Shown here one piece after another: positions 23,453 through 35,780 of a stretch of DNA of 64,000 nucleotides. This DNA is from Eukaryota sp. GEM-RC1 (taxonomy: Eukaryota): contig JAUFOQ010000016.1 of the NCBI GenBank assembly GCA_040285855.1, positions 3,286,001-3,350,000 on the forward strand, in the 5' to 3' direction. The translations under genes were made by a program, and so were the position numbers. The notes beneath the pieces are model-generated. The model worked only from the letters and a program-made list of their open reading frames with translations, did not search any database and had not been told where the DNA came from. Numbering within the stretch: the first letter of the stretch is position 1; every line of letters begins with the position of its first letter.

Positions 23453-24932
23453 TCGTAGGTGTCCCAATACAAGCAAGGTTCCAATACAGGCAAGGTCCCA
23501 ATACAAGCAAGTAAAAGTGTTTGCTTGTATTATTCTATTGTATTCTGGATTTTGAGCGAGTTATACTTCAATACAAAGCTATTAAAATGAATTACAACGT
23601 ATGGAGCTGTGAACGAACTTCATAGTGTCCACTTGGGTGCTTACGTGTTATTGCGGATTTTTGCCCGAAGAACTCGATGGAGTTATTTAATTGATTGACA
23701 TTTGTAAAATCAGAAGCACAAAAGGGCGTATCAAAATCCAATTGGAAACAATAGGCAATAGAATCCCTGTCAATAGAACTTTGCTCCTATACAGACAAAT
23801 ATTGTGTACTTGTAGAACAAATTAAATTACTGTTATTGAAGCTTGTGTCAAATAAATGTATTGTTATAAATTTTTGTTCTGTTTAGAGAAGAGATGTTTA
23901 TTCGGCACCCAATAAGGTAACCGTCCTACAAACTATGAAATTGTAAAAACAAACAAATAATACTAAGATTAAATCCAAACGACTTCATCACCACCCGGTA
24001 AAAGATTACGTTTATCAACATTAACCTTCACACCAAACTTGTACAATTTCTCAATTAATCTAGAGAAATAGAAAGGCATATTCCGATATATGGAAAACAC
24101 TATACGGTTTTTCCATTCAGCCATTCTAAACTTACACTTCTTTTCTTTACACAATTCTTCGAAATCCTTGAAAAATTGATCACCAGCAGGACTAATAGAT
24201 CCAAAAGAGAAACAGCAAAAGGTTGAAACACAAATTTGGAATATGAGTTTCTATTTAATTCTTCTACTTGAGAGTCATACTTGGAGTGTTTGAGCTTTTC
24301 AGCTGTTGTTAATGGATTAAAAGAAGAATCTAATATCCTACTAACACAAAATTTGTTACATACATCTACTGTAGTAAAATCCATTAATGATTGACTCGAT
24401 TTAAGCCACGGAGAATGTAGATCCCCTCTTTTTTGATCAGTAAATTCATTTTCTGAAAGATGATTCAAAACTGTTTCAACTTTAGAGTGAAAACCATGTG
24501 CTTTAAACATGGAATAACAAGAATCACGTACACCATCATGAATTACTGCACGGAGATGAATAAAATAACGACAATTAATCAAATGACGAAAAACACCATT
24601 AGCTCCACAAGAGCACGTTGAATAGTTTAAATTTGCAGGCCAAATAGCCAAACGAAGACGCATATTGATCATCCAAGCTTCATCAGATAGATGTACTCCA
24701 TACACCTTTGGAATTTGAGAAATAAATCCAGAAGGTCCACTATTACAAAGATCTTAATACAGTGTACAAGTAGCATTACGAAATAGAGTATGTGATCCAG
24801 TAATATATCGAAACCAAAGGTGTCTTCGCTTCACCGTATATTAGGGTCCCAATACAAGCAGGTCCCAATACAAGCAAGAAAATGTGTTTGCTTGTATAAG
24901 ATATAAAGTTGCTTGTACTGGGACACCTACGA
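23453..24932. mobile_element. Tc1/mariner-like non-autonomous TIR element carrying the CRE-B fragment
   Basis: Same TIRs (one mismatch in the right TIR) and TA duplication as 8053-9533. Confidence 0.82.
23885..24755 (-). mobile_element. 5'-truncated CRE-like non-LTR retrotransposon (family B)
   Basis: ORFs 24100-24705 and 23969-24154; KRGDLHSPW..DFTTVD is in frame in this copy. Boundaries approximate. Confidence 0.82.
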
Positions 24933-26136
24933 TATATTCAAGGGACTATTTAGAATGAAAAACGACCAGCATAGATGCTCTTCTTATGTAAGGGAAGACT
25001 TCATTCACTTGTAATCATAGTGTTCTTAGTTTGTTGAACAAGAACGCTCCGAGGCAGGAGGTACGACTCAAAATAATTTCCGAACATTTTGTTAAACAAA
25101 AAGGAGTGTGATCAGATGAAGCAAAACAACGCTCTTTGAACTCATTTTATAGACCACATCATTAGAACATCACTATTATGTTGACGAAGATAGGTACAAA
25201 CTGCATTGAAGTAAATGGGGATGGTGTATTTCGGTGGTGTATTTACCCACTCCCTTGTTTTTTTTGGTAAAAAGGAGAATGTTGTCAAAAATCTTGATGA
25301 TTACTTGATTTAAATTCAACAAGGGTTGGATAAAATGAAAGTTCTTGAAATTAGAGAGAATTATCTATTCTAAAAGTAATAGACAACAACACTACATTGT
25401 AAGGTCTTGAAATTAAAAACACTTAACGTTCTTCATGCTCTAAATTTGCTATTCTGGTTTTAATAAATTTGAAGGACATATGTTCAGTTGCTTTGATTAA
25501 CCAAATTCGACAGATTTATGAATTGTTGTCCAAAGATCTTCAATGGATCACAACATTTTAGGACTTGCATTCATGATGCTGTCATAGATCAAATTCGTGC
25601 AATGTGTAAGTCCCACAAAATCGAATCTTTGAAATCAATAATTCAAAAATAGTGATTCTGATAAAAGTTTTGGTAGAGAACGGCTGACGTCATGGTTCCA
25701 TCGGTCAATGATGAACTAACGGCTGATGATGTGATTACTGTGGATGTTTGCAAAAAAGGGCATTTAAGGATGCTAACAATGTGTCTCCACTTGATTTTTC
25801 AGAACAATACAAGAGAAACAAATATCATGTTCCCTTGACTACTCTCAAACATTCTAGACATGTTGAGTACGAATTATGTCCTTTTGCCATTTCAATTTAT
25901 GATCGACTTGGTAAAGAAGCTCTTTGTTTTCTCTGATGTTGAGATAGTTGTAAAAAAAGAATGAACAAGAAATTTGACTTTAAGTTTTGCTTGACTTGTA
26001 TTGTTCATCAAAGGATTTGGCTTACATCTAGATTGAAGACGTTTCCTTTATTGCACCTTTTGAGACTATACGAGCAATTTCTGCAGAAGCTGCCACTTTG
26101 AATGAAGAGATTGGTTTAAATCTAAATATTGAAAAG

Positions 26137-27399
26137 AACGGATTTATGTGCGGAGAAAAAACATAATAAGATACAAATAAATCAACACTATTAAAACAAA
26201 TTATCAAACGAACTACCTAATTCCGAAAAGTAGTTGCCTCCAAACAACTTGGACAAAATGGAATCAACATTTCTATACATAGACTTAAAAATCGAACCGA
26301 AATTTCCAATGAAACTGCAAAAGGCTGAAAGACGATATTATTGTGTCTTCGTGAATTCAATGCAGCAACTTGATGTCCGTACTTAGACACTTTGGCGTTC
26401 TCAGCGTCTTTCAGCGGATCATTTGAGGGATTCAAAATGTTGGCAATAGCTGAAGCTTTGCAAGGATCAACAGTCGTAAAATCAACAACACTTTCTTGGC
26501 ATGACAACCATAGGGCCAATAAAATCACCACGTTTCTGAGTAGAATCAGGGTGATCTGAGAGATGAGAAAGTAATGGTTCGACTTTGCCATGGAAACCAT
26601 TCGCCTTAAACATTTCCAAACATGTATCTCGAAGACTGTTGTGCAAAATTGAACGACAATATATGAACTTTGAACAATTGACCAAATGATGAAAGCTAGC
26701 CTTATGTTTGTTTTTACAGATACACGTGCTGTTCTGTAACAAACCAAATGGCCAAAAACCTAAACGAAGTCTCATGCTAACAAGCCATTCATGATCTTTT
26801 AGATTAAAAATAAATCTCCCTGGCAATTGAGTAATGAAAGTAGATGCTGAATCACTACTCATGTCTTGTAAAAATGCACAGAAAGCGGGACTTTTAACTT
26901 TAGCCAAGCTAATGCAGTTAGTATAGTCCAAGCTCTCATGAAAAGATACAAATTTCTTCTGAAATTTTCTAACACCAAGAGGAAGGGAAAAAAGCGTACG
27001 TTGAGGTGTTTCCGTCACAGATGCAGGGAACAAGGATCCCCAAACATCAGGGTTCATACCATCTACAAGATTTTGAAGTGATATAAGCCATTGACAAGGC
27101 GAATATCGAATGAGATCTTCTTTAGACCAAAATAAGGGATAACGTAACTTAAATTCATACAGCAGATTCTTCAAACATCCTAAAAAGGCACCTTCACGCA
27201 TATAATGAGCTTTGGAAAACCAATTCAACCAAATCTCACAGCAGCAAATGAATGACGATGAATGGAAAGTTTTTTCGACTCTACCAGCTCTGACAAAAAC
27301 TCTGTTCTCAGATCGTTAAAACGACGAGAAAGGTCTACCGTAAGCTCAGGAGGTAATCCACGTAAAAAATGATTGACTTTACCTGCAAAACAAACTTGC
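26137..27399 (-). mobile_element. CRE-like fragment (family A), copy 5
   Basis: ORFs 26217-27228 with a frameshift near GPW. Confidence 0.85.
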
Positions 27400-27670
27400 G
27401 ATGTTTGCAAAAAAAGGGCATTTAAGGATGCTAACAATGAAGTGTCTCCACTTGATTTTTCAGAACAATACAAGAGAAACAAATATGATGTTCCCTTGAC
27501 TACTCTCAAACATTCTAGACATGTTGAGTACGAATTATGTCCTATTGCCATTTTAATTTATGGTCGACTTGGTAAAGAAGCTCTTTGTTTTCTCTGATGT
27601 TGAGATAGTTGTAAACAAAGAATGAACAAGAAATTTTACTTTAAGTTTTGCTTGACTTGTATTGTTCATC

Positions 27671-29133
27671 AAAGGATTTGGCTTACATACAGATTGAAGA
27701 GGTTTCCTTTATTGCATTTTTTGAGACTATACGAGCATTTTCTGCAGAAGCTGACACTTTGAATGAAGAGATTGGTTTAAATCTAAATATTGAAAAGTGT
27801 TTCGTTATAGGAAAAGAACCTAATTTATTAACAATTCGTTCAATTGAAGTACATTTTATTAATTATCTTTCTGATTTCTTGATTGTTTTTGGGGTCGGGT
27901 AAATACAACACGTAAATACACCATCTCAGATTCTCTTCGATCCTAAATTGTGTTTATGATACATGGAGTTATACTCTACACAGTTGTACAAGTGCTACAA
28001 CAAGTAAGTGATCTGATGGAGATATTCAGTACACGTTCGTGGACCTCCATTCAGTTATATTCCAGGGACTATTTAGAATGAAAAACGACCAGCATAGATG
28101 CTCTTCTTATGTAAGGGAAGACTTCATTCACTTGTAATCATAGTGTTCTTAGTTTGTTGAACAAGAAGGCTCCTAGGCAGGAGGTACGACTCAAAATAAT
28201 TTCCGAACATTTTGTTAAACAAAGAGGAGTGGGATCAGATGAAGCAAAACAACGCTCTTTGAACTCATTTTATAGACCACATCATTAGAACATCACTATT
28301 ATGTTGACGAAGATAGGTACAAACTGCATTGAAGTAAATGGGGATGGTGTATTTAGGTGGTGTATTTACCCGCCCCCTTGTTTTTTTTTTGGTAAAAAGG
28401 AGAATATTGTCAAAAATCTTGATGATTATCTGATTTAGACTCAACAAGAGTGGGATAAAATGAACGTTCTTGAAATTAGAGAGAATTATTTATTCTAAAA
28501 GTAATAGACAACAACACTACAGTGTAAGTTCTTGAAATTAAAAACACTTAACGTTCTTCATGCTCTAAATTTGCTATTCTGGTTTTAATCAATTTGAAGG
28601 ACAGATGTTCAGTTGCTTTGATTAACCAAATTCGACAGATTTATGAATTGTTGTCCAAAGATCTTCAATGGATCACAACATTTTAGGACTTGTATTCATG
28701 ATGCTGTCATAGATCAAATTCGTGCAATGTGTAAGTCCCACAAAATCGAATCTTTGAAATCAATAATTAAAAAATAGTGATTCTGATAAAAGTTTTGGTA
28801 GAGAACGGCTGACGTCATGGTTCCATCGGTCAATGATGAACTAACGGCTGATGATGTGATTACTGTGGATGTTTGCAAAAAAGGGCATTTAAGGATGCTA
28901 ACAATGTGTCTCCACTTGATTTTTCAGAACAATACAAGAGAAACAAATATCATGTTCCCTTGACTACTCTCAAACATTCTAGACATGTTGAGTACGAATT
29001 ATGTCCTTTGCCATTTCAATTTATGATCGACTTGGTAAAGAAGCTCTTTGTTTTCTCTGATGTTGAGATAGTTGTAAAAAAAGAATGAACAAGAAATTTG
29101 ACTTTAAGTTTTGCTTGACTTGTATTGTTCATC
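27671..29133 (+). pseudogene. Representative basal monomer: decayed CRE-like non-LTR retrotransposon fragment (family C)
   Basis: After removing inserts, remnants read in order: LAY..IGLNLNIEKC (RT end), FFGKKENIVKNLDDYL, LEIKKHLTFFML*ICYSG (thumb), MNC..IHDAVIDQIRAMCKSH (knuckle region), ADVMVP..DVITVDVC..KRNKY..CPFAISIYGRLG (RLE). Many stops and frameshifts. Confidence 0.75.
27891..28377. mobile_element. Merlin-like TIR element
   Basis: Copy of 14738-15224. Confidence 0.7.
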
Positions 29134-29260
29134 AAAGGATTTGGCTTACATCTAGATTGAAGACGTTTCCTTTATTGCACCTTTTGAGACTATACGAGCA
29201 ATTTCTGCAGAAGCTGCCACTTTGAATGAAGAGATTGGTTTAAATCTAAATATTGAAAAG

Positions 29261-30526
29261 AACGGATTTATGTGCGGAGAAAAAAACATAATAAGATACA
29301 AATAAATCAACACTATTAAAACAAATTATCAAACGAACTACCTAATTCCGAAAAGTAGTTGCCTCCAAACAACTTGGACAAAATGGAATCAACATTTCTA
29401 TACATAGACTTAAAAATCGAACCGAAATTTCCAATGAAACTGCAAAAGGCTGAAAGACGATATTATTGTGTCTTCGTGAATTCAATGCAGCAACTTGATG
29501 TCCATACTTAGACACTTTGGCGTTCTCAGCGTCTTTCAGCGGATCATTTGAGGGATTCAAAATGTTGGCAATAGCTGAAGCTTTGCAAGGATCAACAGTC
29601 GTAAAATCAACAACACTTTCTTGGCATGACAACCATAAGGGCCAATAAAATCACCACGTTTCTGAGTAGAATCAGGGTGATCTGAGAGATGAGAAAGTAA
29701 TGGTTCGACTTTGCCATGGAAACCATTCGCCTTAAACATTTCCAAACATGTATCTCGAAGACTGTTGTGCAAAATTGAACGACAATATATGAACTTTGAA
29801 CAATTGACCAAATGATGAAAGCTAGCCTTATGTTTGTTTTTACAGATACACGTGCTGTTCTGTAACAAACCAAATGGCCAAAAACCTAAACGAAGTCTCA
29901 TGCTAACAAGCCATTCATGATCTTTTAGATTAAAAATAAATCTCCCTGGCAATTGGGTAATGAAAGTAGATGCTGAATCACTACTCATGTCTTGTAAAAA
30001 TGCACAGAAAGCGGGACTTTTAACTTTAGCCAAGCTAATGCAGTTAGTATAGTCCAAGCTCTCATGAAAAGATACAAATTTCTTCTGAAATTTTCTAACA
30101 CCAAGAGGAAGGGAAAAAAGCGTACGTTGAGGTGTTTCCGTCACAGATGCAGGGAACAAGGATCCCCAAACATCAGGGTTCATACCATCTACAAGATTTT
30201 GAAGTGATATAAGCCATTGACAAGGCGAATATCGAATGAGATCTTCTTTAGACCAAAATAAGGGATAACGTAACTTAAATTCATACAGCAGATTCTTCAA
30301 ACATCCTAAAAAGGCACCTTCACGCATATAATGAGCTTTGGAAAAACCAATTCAACCAAATCTCACAGCAGCAAATGAATGACGATGAATGGAAAGTTTT
30401 TTCGACTCTACCAGCTCTGACAAAAACTCTGTTCTCAGATCGTTAAAACGACGAGAAAGGTCTACCGTAAGCTCAGGATATAATCCACGTAAAAAATGAT
30501 TGACTTTACCTGCAAAACAAACTTGC
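29261..30526 (-). mobile_element. CRE-like fragment (family A), copy 6
   Basis: ORFs 29342-30327 with a frameshift near GPW. Confidence 0.85.
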
Positions 30527-30954
30527 GATGTTTGCAAAAAAAGGGCATTTAAGGATGCTAACAATGAAGTGTCTCCACTTGATTTTTCAGAACAATACAA
30601 GAGAAACAAATATGATGTTCCCTTGACTACTCTCAAACATTCTAGACATGTTGAGTACGAATTATGTCCTTTTGCCATTTCAATTTATGGTCGACTTGGT
30701 AAAGAAGCTCTTTGTTTTCTCTGATGTTGAGATAGTTGTAAAAAAAGAACATCTAGATTGAAGAGGTTTCCTTTATTGCACCTTTTGAGACTATACGAGC
30801 ATTTTCTGCAGAAGCTGACACTTTGAATGAAGAGATTGGTTTAAATCTAAATATTGAAAAGTGTTTCGTTATAGGAAAAGAACCTAATTTATTAACAATT
30901 CGTTCAATTGAAGTACCTTTTATTAATTATCTTTCTGATTTCTTGATTGTTTTT

Positions 30955-31442
30955 GGGGTCGGGTAAATACAACACGTAAATACACCATCTCAGATTCTCT
31001 TCGATCCTACATTGTGTTTATGATACATGGAGTTATACTCTACACAGTTGTACAAGTGCTACAACAAGTAAGTGATCTGATGGAGATATTCAGTACACGT
31101 TCGTGGACCTCCATTCAGTTATATTCAAGGGACTATTTAGAATGAAAAACGACCAGCATAGATGCTCTTCTTATGTAAGGGAAGACTTCATTCACTTGTA
31201 ATCATAGTGTTCTTAGTTTGTTGAACAAGAACGCTCCTAGGCAGGAAGTACGACTCAAAATAATTTCCGAACATTTTGTTAAACAAAGAGGAGTGTGATC
31301 AGATGAAGCAAAACAACGCTCTTTGAACTCATTTTATAGACCAAATCATTAGAACATCACTATTATGTTGACGAAGATAGGTACAAACTGCATTGGAAGT
31401 AAATGGGGATGGTGTATTTAGGTGGTGTATTTACCCGCCCCC
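30955..31442. mobile_element. Merlin-like TIR element
   Basis: Copy of 14738-15224. Confidence 0.7.
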
Positions 31443-31915
31443 TTGTTTTTTTTTGGTAAAAAGGAGAATATTGTCAAAAATCTTGATGATTATCTGATTT
31501 AGATTCAACAAGAGTGGGATAAAATGAACGTTCTTGAAATTAGAGAGAATTATTTATTCTAAAAGTAATAGACAACAACACTACAGTGTAAGTTCTTGAA
31601 ATTAAAAACACTTAACGTTCTTCATGCTCTAAATTTGCTATTCTGGTTTTAATCAATTTGAAGGACAGATGTTCAGTTGCTTTGATTAACCAAATTCGAC
31701 AGATTTATGAATTGTTGTCCAAAGATCTTCAATGGATCACAACATTTTAGGACTTGTATTCATGATGCTGTCATAGATCAAATTCGTGCAATGTGTAAGT
31801 CCCACAAAATCGAATCTTTGAAATCAATAATTAAAAAAATAGTGATTCTGATAAGAACGGCTGACGTCATGGTTCCATCGGTCTATGATGAACTAACGGC
31901 TGTTGATGTGATTAC

Positions 31916-34322
31916 TAGGGGTGTACAAGACTCGAGTCGGACTCAGCTATTGTAAGTCTGAGTCTGAGTCCGACTCACCGTATCTGAGTCTGAGTCTGAG
32001 TCGAACTCAACTAGTCTGAGTCTGAGTCCGACTCACCGTATCTGAGTCTGAGTCTGAGTCGAACTCAACTAGTCTGAGTCTGAGTCCGACTCACCGTATC
32101 TGAGTCTGAGTCTGAATCCCACTCATAATATCTGAGTCTGAGTCTGAGCTTGAGTTTCACATCATAAACAATCTTTATTAAGTACATTATTAACCATTAT
32201 TATTCTACTGTCCACCGCTTAAGACAGACACATGCTTCAACATTTAAATCTGTTAGACGTGATCTGTCAGGAGCCACAACTCTTCCAGCTTGTGAAAAAA
32301 AAGACTCAGAAGCTACATTAGAGGCTTGAACTGATAGTGCAATTCGAGATGTTCTTGCAAGTGTAGGGAACTTTGATTCATTAAGTTTCCACCACATCAA
32401 AGGATCTTGGTCCATTTCAATCAGTCCATCACTGAGATAGATATCAAGTTCATCTAACTCAGTTAATTATTCTTCGTTACGAACACATACTTTTTTTTCT
32501 TGCAAGCTCTTTCATTAGAGATTTTCCTTGAGGGTTGTTCTGCGATTCTTCTGTACTTACTGCAAGACTTCCCACTTTGGATTCAATAAACTCCCTCATT
32601 GAACCCTTCAGCATCTCTTCATTCTCAATGTAACAACTTGGTAGGAAGTTCTGATTGTTTTTGAATCTAGGATCCAACACAAGACCGACATATCCTGCAA
32701 AATCGAACACACTTCTGTCACTTCGACGTCCACTGATATACTCCGTAAACTTTTCCAACACTTTTGATGCTACGGCAGAAATAAAACCAGATTCACGTCC
32801 TTCTACAGGATCGCAAATTACTTTAAGCTTTTCCCATAATCAATTGAACAAAGTTAAACCTACGGACACAGTAACGGTAGACCTTGAAGAACAAATTTCA
32901 GTTAACTCATAGAAATCAGATAACAAGAAGATCAACAGCTGATGAAGATCTTCTCTTTCAGAAATGGTGAGTTTCAAATGCATCAACTTGTTGTCATTGA
33001 AAATCATATGATCTACAATGTCTATCAATTGGCTGTACCTTTCTAGCATCATGAAGGACGAATTCCATCTTGTTGAAACATCAACAATCATGGAGGTGGT
33101 TTCAAGTCCTTCCAACTTGCATCTATCAGAAATACGTTCCCTCAAGTCTGAGCTTCTGTGTGATCTGACACAAAACTCTCTAATTTTTTTGACGAAAAAA
33201 CAACCCTGATCTTCAAGAAAATTTGGAGTACTTCTGAATAATTGGTTGAGGGCAAGGTGAAGAACATGCGCCAAACATCTTCTATGATAAACAATACCAG
33301 GTGTACCCAATAATTCCACAAATTTTGTTAAATCAATGTTTGAGACATTGTCTGAAGTTACAGAAAAACTTTGTTCTCAAGTTTGAACTGTTATAGAACG
33401 TTTTTAAACTAGTATGTGGATGTTTAATTTACCCACAATCAAGGGTCTTAGTTTTGAGCCCAAAATTCTTATCGATGTAATGCACAGTAACTCCCAAGAA
33501 TGGAGTACCACCTTTGCTGGTCCAAATATCCAAAGTGAAATTGAGTAAAGAGTTGTCAATCATAACTTCTAGTTCATTTCCAATACTTTCTTGTTTTTCC
33601 TTATATAGCAAAACTATATCTCGTTGGACAGTGTTTCGGCCAATTTCTTCATAGTTGGGACACAACCAATTAATTATTTTTCTGAACGAAGGACGTTCCA
33701 CTTCTGAAAACGGATGACATCCATCAATGATGTATTCATTGATAAGTACACGAAGAAAGGACTGTTGTGCCTTAGTTAGTTTTTTGCTGAATAGGTGAAT
33801 GAGGGGACGCAAATGGCAAGATCGACTGAGTTTCAAGAGAAGGAGGAATACGATCACCCACATAGATGTTGTGGATGTTTGCAAGATGTTTTGATAGAAT
33901 CGAAGAACTAGTAGATAAAGAGAAGCTGCTTTGACAGTGATTACAAAATCTTCGGTCGGTGTTATCGACTACCATTACAGTAAAATGATCATCTCTAAAG
34001 TGTTTGGACTTCTGACGACTTGAAGAAGATGGCATTAGGTTATGGAAGACAGCAAGGTTGTTGAAGAAAGAAAAGTGACACTATAAAAATCGTAAACTTC
34101 AAGTAAATTGCTGCAATTTTCCATTGAATGATTACCATGTTATGATTTATTATAAATAAGATAATGATATATGAAATACCTGAGTCTGAGTCTGAGTCGG
34201 ACTTAAGGATTGTGAGTCTGAGTCTGAGTCTGAGTCTGACTCGGGGGTTGTGAGTCTGAGCCTGAGTCTGAGTCTAGACTCAGCTCGAGTCTAAACTTGA
34301 GTCCAGTTTTTGTACACCCCTA
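31916..34322 (-). mobile_element. hAT DNA transposon, copy 4 (type B end)
   Basis: Perfect 13-bp TIR TAGGGGTGTACAA / TTGTACACCCCTA; flanks GTGATTAC / GTGTTTAC. Confidence 0.95.
32200..34035 (-). pseudogene. hAT transposase pseudogene
   Basis: Same motifs; extra stops (CG*, FN*). Confidence 0.92.
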
Positions 34323-34821
34323 GTGTTTACTGTGGATGTTTGCAAAAAAGGGCATTTAAGAATGCTAACAATGTGTCTCCACTTGATTTTTCAGAACAAT
34401 ACAAGAGAAACAAATATCATGTTCCCTTGACTACTCTCAAACATTCTAGACATGTTGAGTACGAATTATGTCCTATTGCCATTTTAATTTATGGTCGACT
34501 TGGTAAAGAAGCTCTTTGTTTTCTCTGATGTTGAGATAGTTGTAAACAAAGAATGAACAAGAAATTTTACTTTAAGTTTTGCTTGACTTGTATTGTTCAT
34601 CAAAGGATTTGGCTTACATCTAGATTGAAGAGGTTTCCTTTATTGCACCTTTTGAGACTATACGAGCATTTTCTGCAGAAGCTGACACTTTGAATGAAGA
34701 GATTGGTTTAAAACTAAATATTGAAAAGTGTTTCGTTATAGGAAAAGAACCTAATTTATTAACAATTCGTTCAATTGAAGTACCTTTTATTAATTATCTT
34801 TCTGATTTCTTGATTGTTTTT

Positions 34822-35308
34822 GGGGTCGGGTAAATACAACACGTAAATACACCATCTCAGATTCTCTTCGATCCTACATTGTGTTTATGATACATGGAGT
34901 TATACTCTACACAGTTGTACAAGTGCTACAACAAGTAAGTGATCTGATGGAGATATTCAGTACACGTTCGTGGACCTCCATTCAGTTATATTCAAGGGAC
35001 TATTTAGAATGAAAAACGACCAGCATAGATGCTCTTCTTATGTAAGGGAAGACTTCATTCACTTGTAATCATAGTGTTCTTAGTTTGTTGAACAAGAACG
35101 CTCCTAGGCAGGAAGTACGACTCAAAATAATTTCCGAACATTTTGTTAAACAAAGAGGAGTGTGATCAGATGAAGCAAAACAACGCTCTTTGAACTCATT
35201 TTATAGACCACATCATTAGAACATCACTATTATGTTGACGAAGATAGGTACAAACTGCATTGAAGTAAATGGGGATGGTGTATTTAGGTGGTGTATTTAC
35301 CCGCCCCC
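34822..35308. mobile_element. Merlin-like TIR element
   Basis: Copy of 14738-15224. Confidence 0.7.
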
Positions 35309-35780
35309 TTGTTTTTTTTTGGTAAAAAGGAGAATATTGTCAAAAATCTTGATGATTATCTGATTTAGATTCAACAAGAGTGGGATAAAATGAACGTTCT
35401 TGAAATTAGAGAGAATTATTTATTCTAAAAGTAATAGACAACAACACTACAGTGTAAGTTCTTGAAATTAAAAACACTTAACGTTCTTCATGCTCTAAAT
35501 TTGCTATTCTGGTTTTAATAAATTTGAAGGACAGATGTTCAGTTGCTTTGATTAACCAAATTCGACAGATTTATGAATTGTTGTCCAAAGATCTTCAATG
35601 GATCACAACATTTTAGGACTTGCATTCATGATGCTGTCATAGATCAAATTCGTGCAATGTGTAAGTCCCACAAAATCGAATCTTTGAAATCAATAATTCA
35701 AAAATAGTGATTCTGATAAGAACGGCTGACGTCATGGTTCCATCGGTCAATGATGAACTAACGGCTGTTGATGTGATTAC

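Larger units (their letters stand above)
23286..25254. mobile_element. Merlin-like TIR element interrupted by the Tc1/mariner-like element
   Basis: Copy of 7886-9854. Confidence 0.7.
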
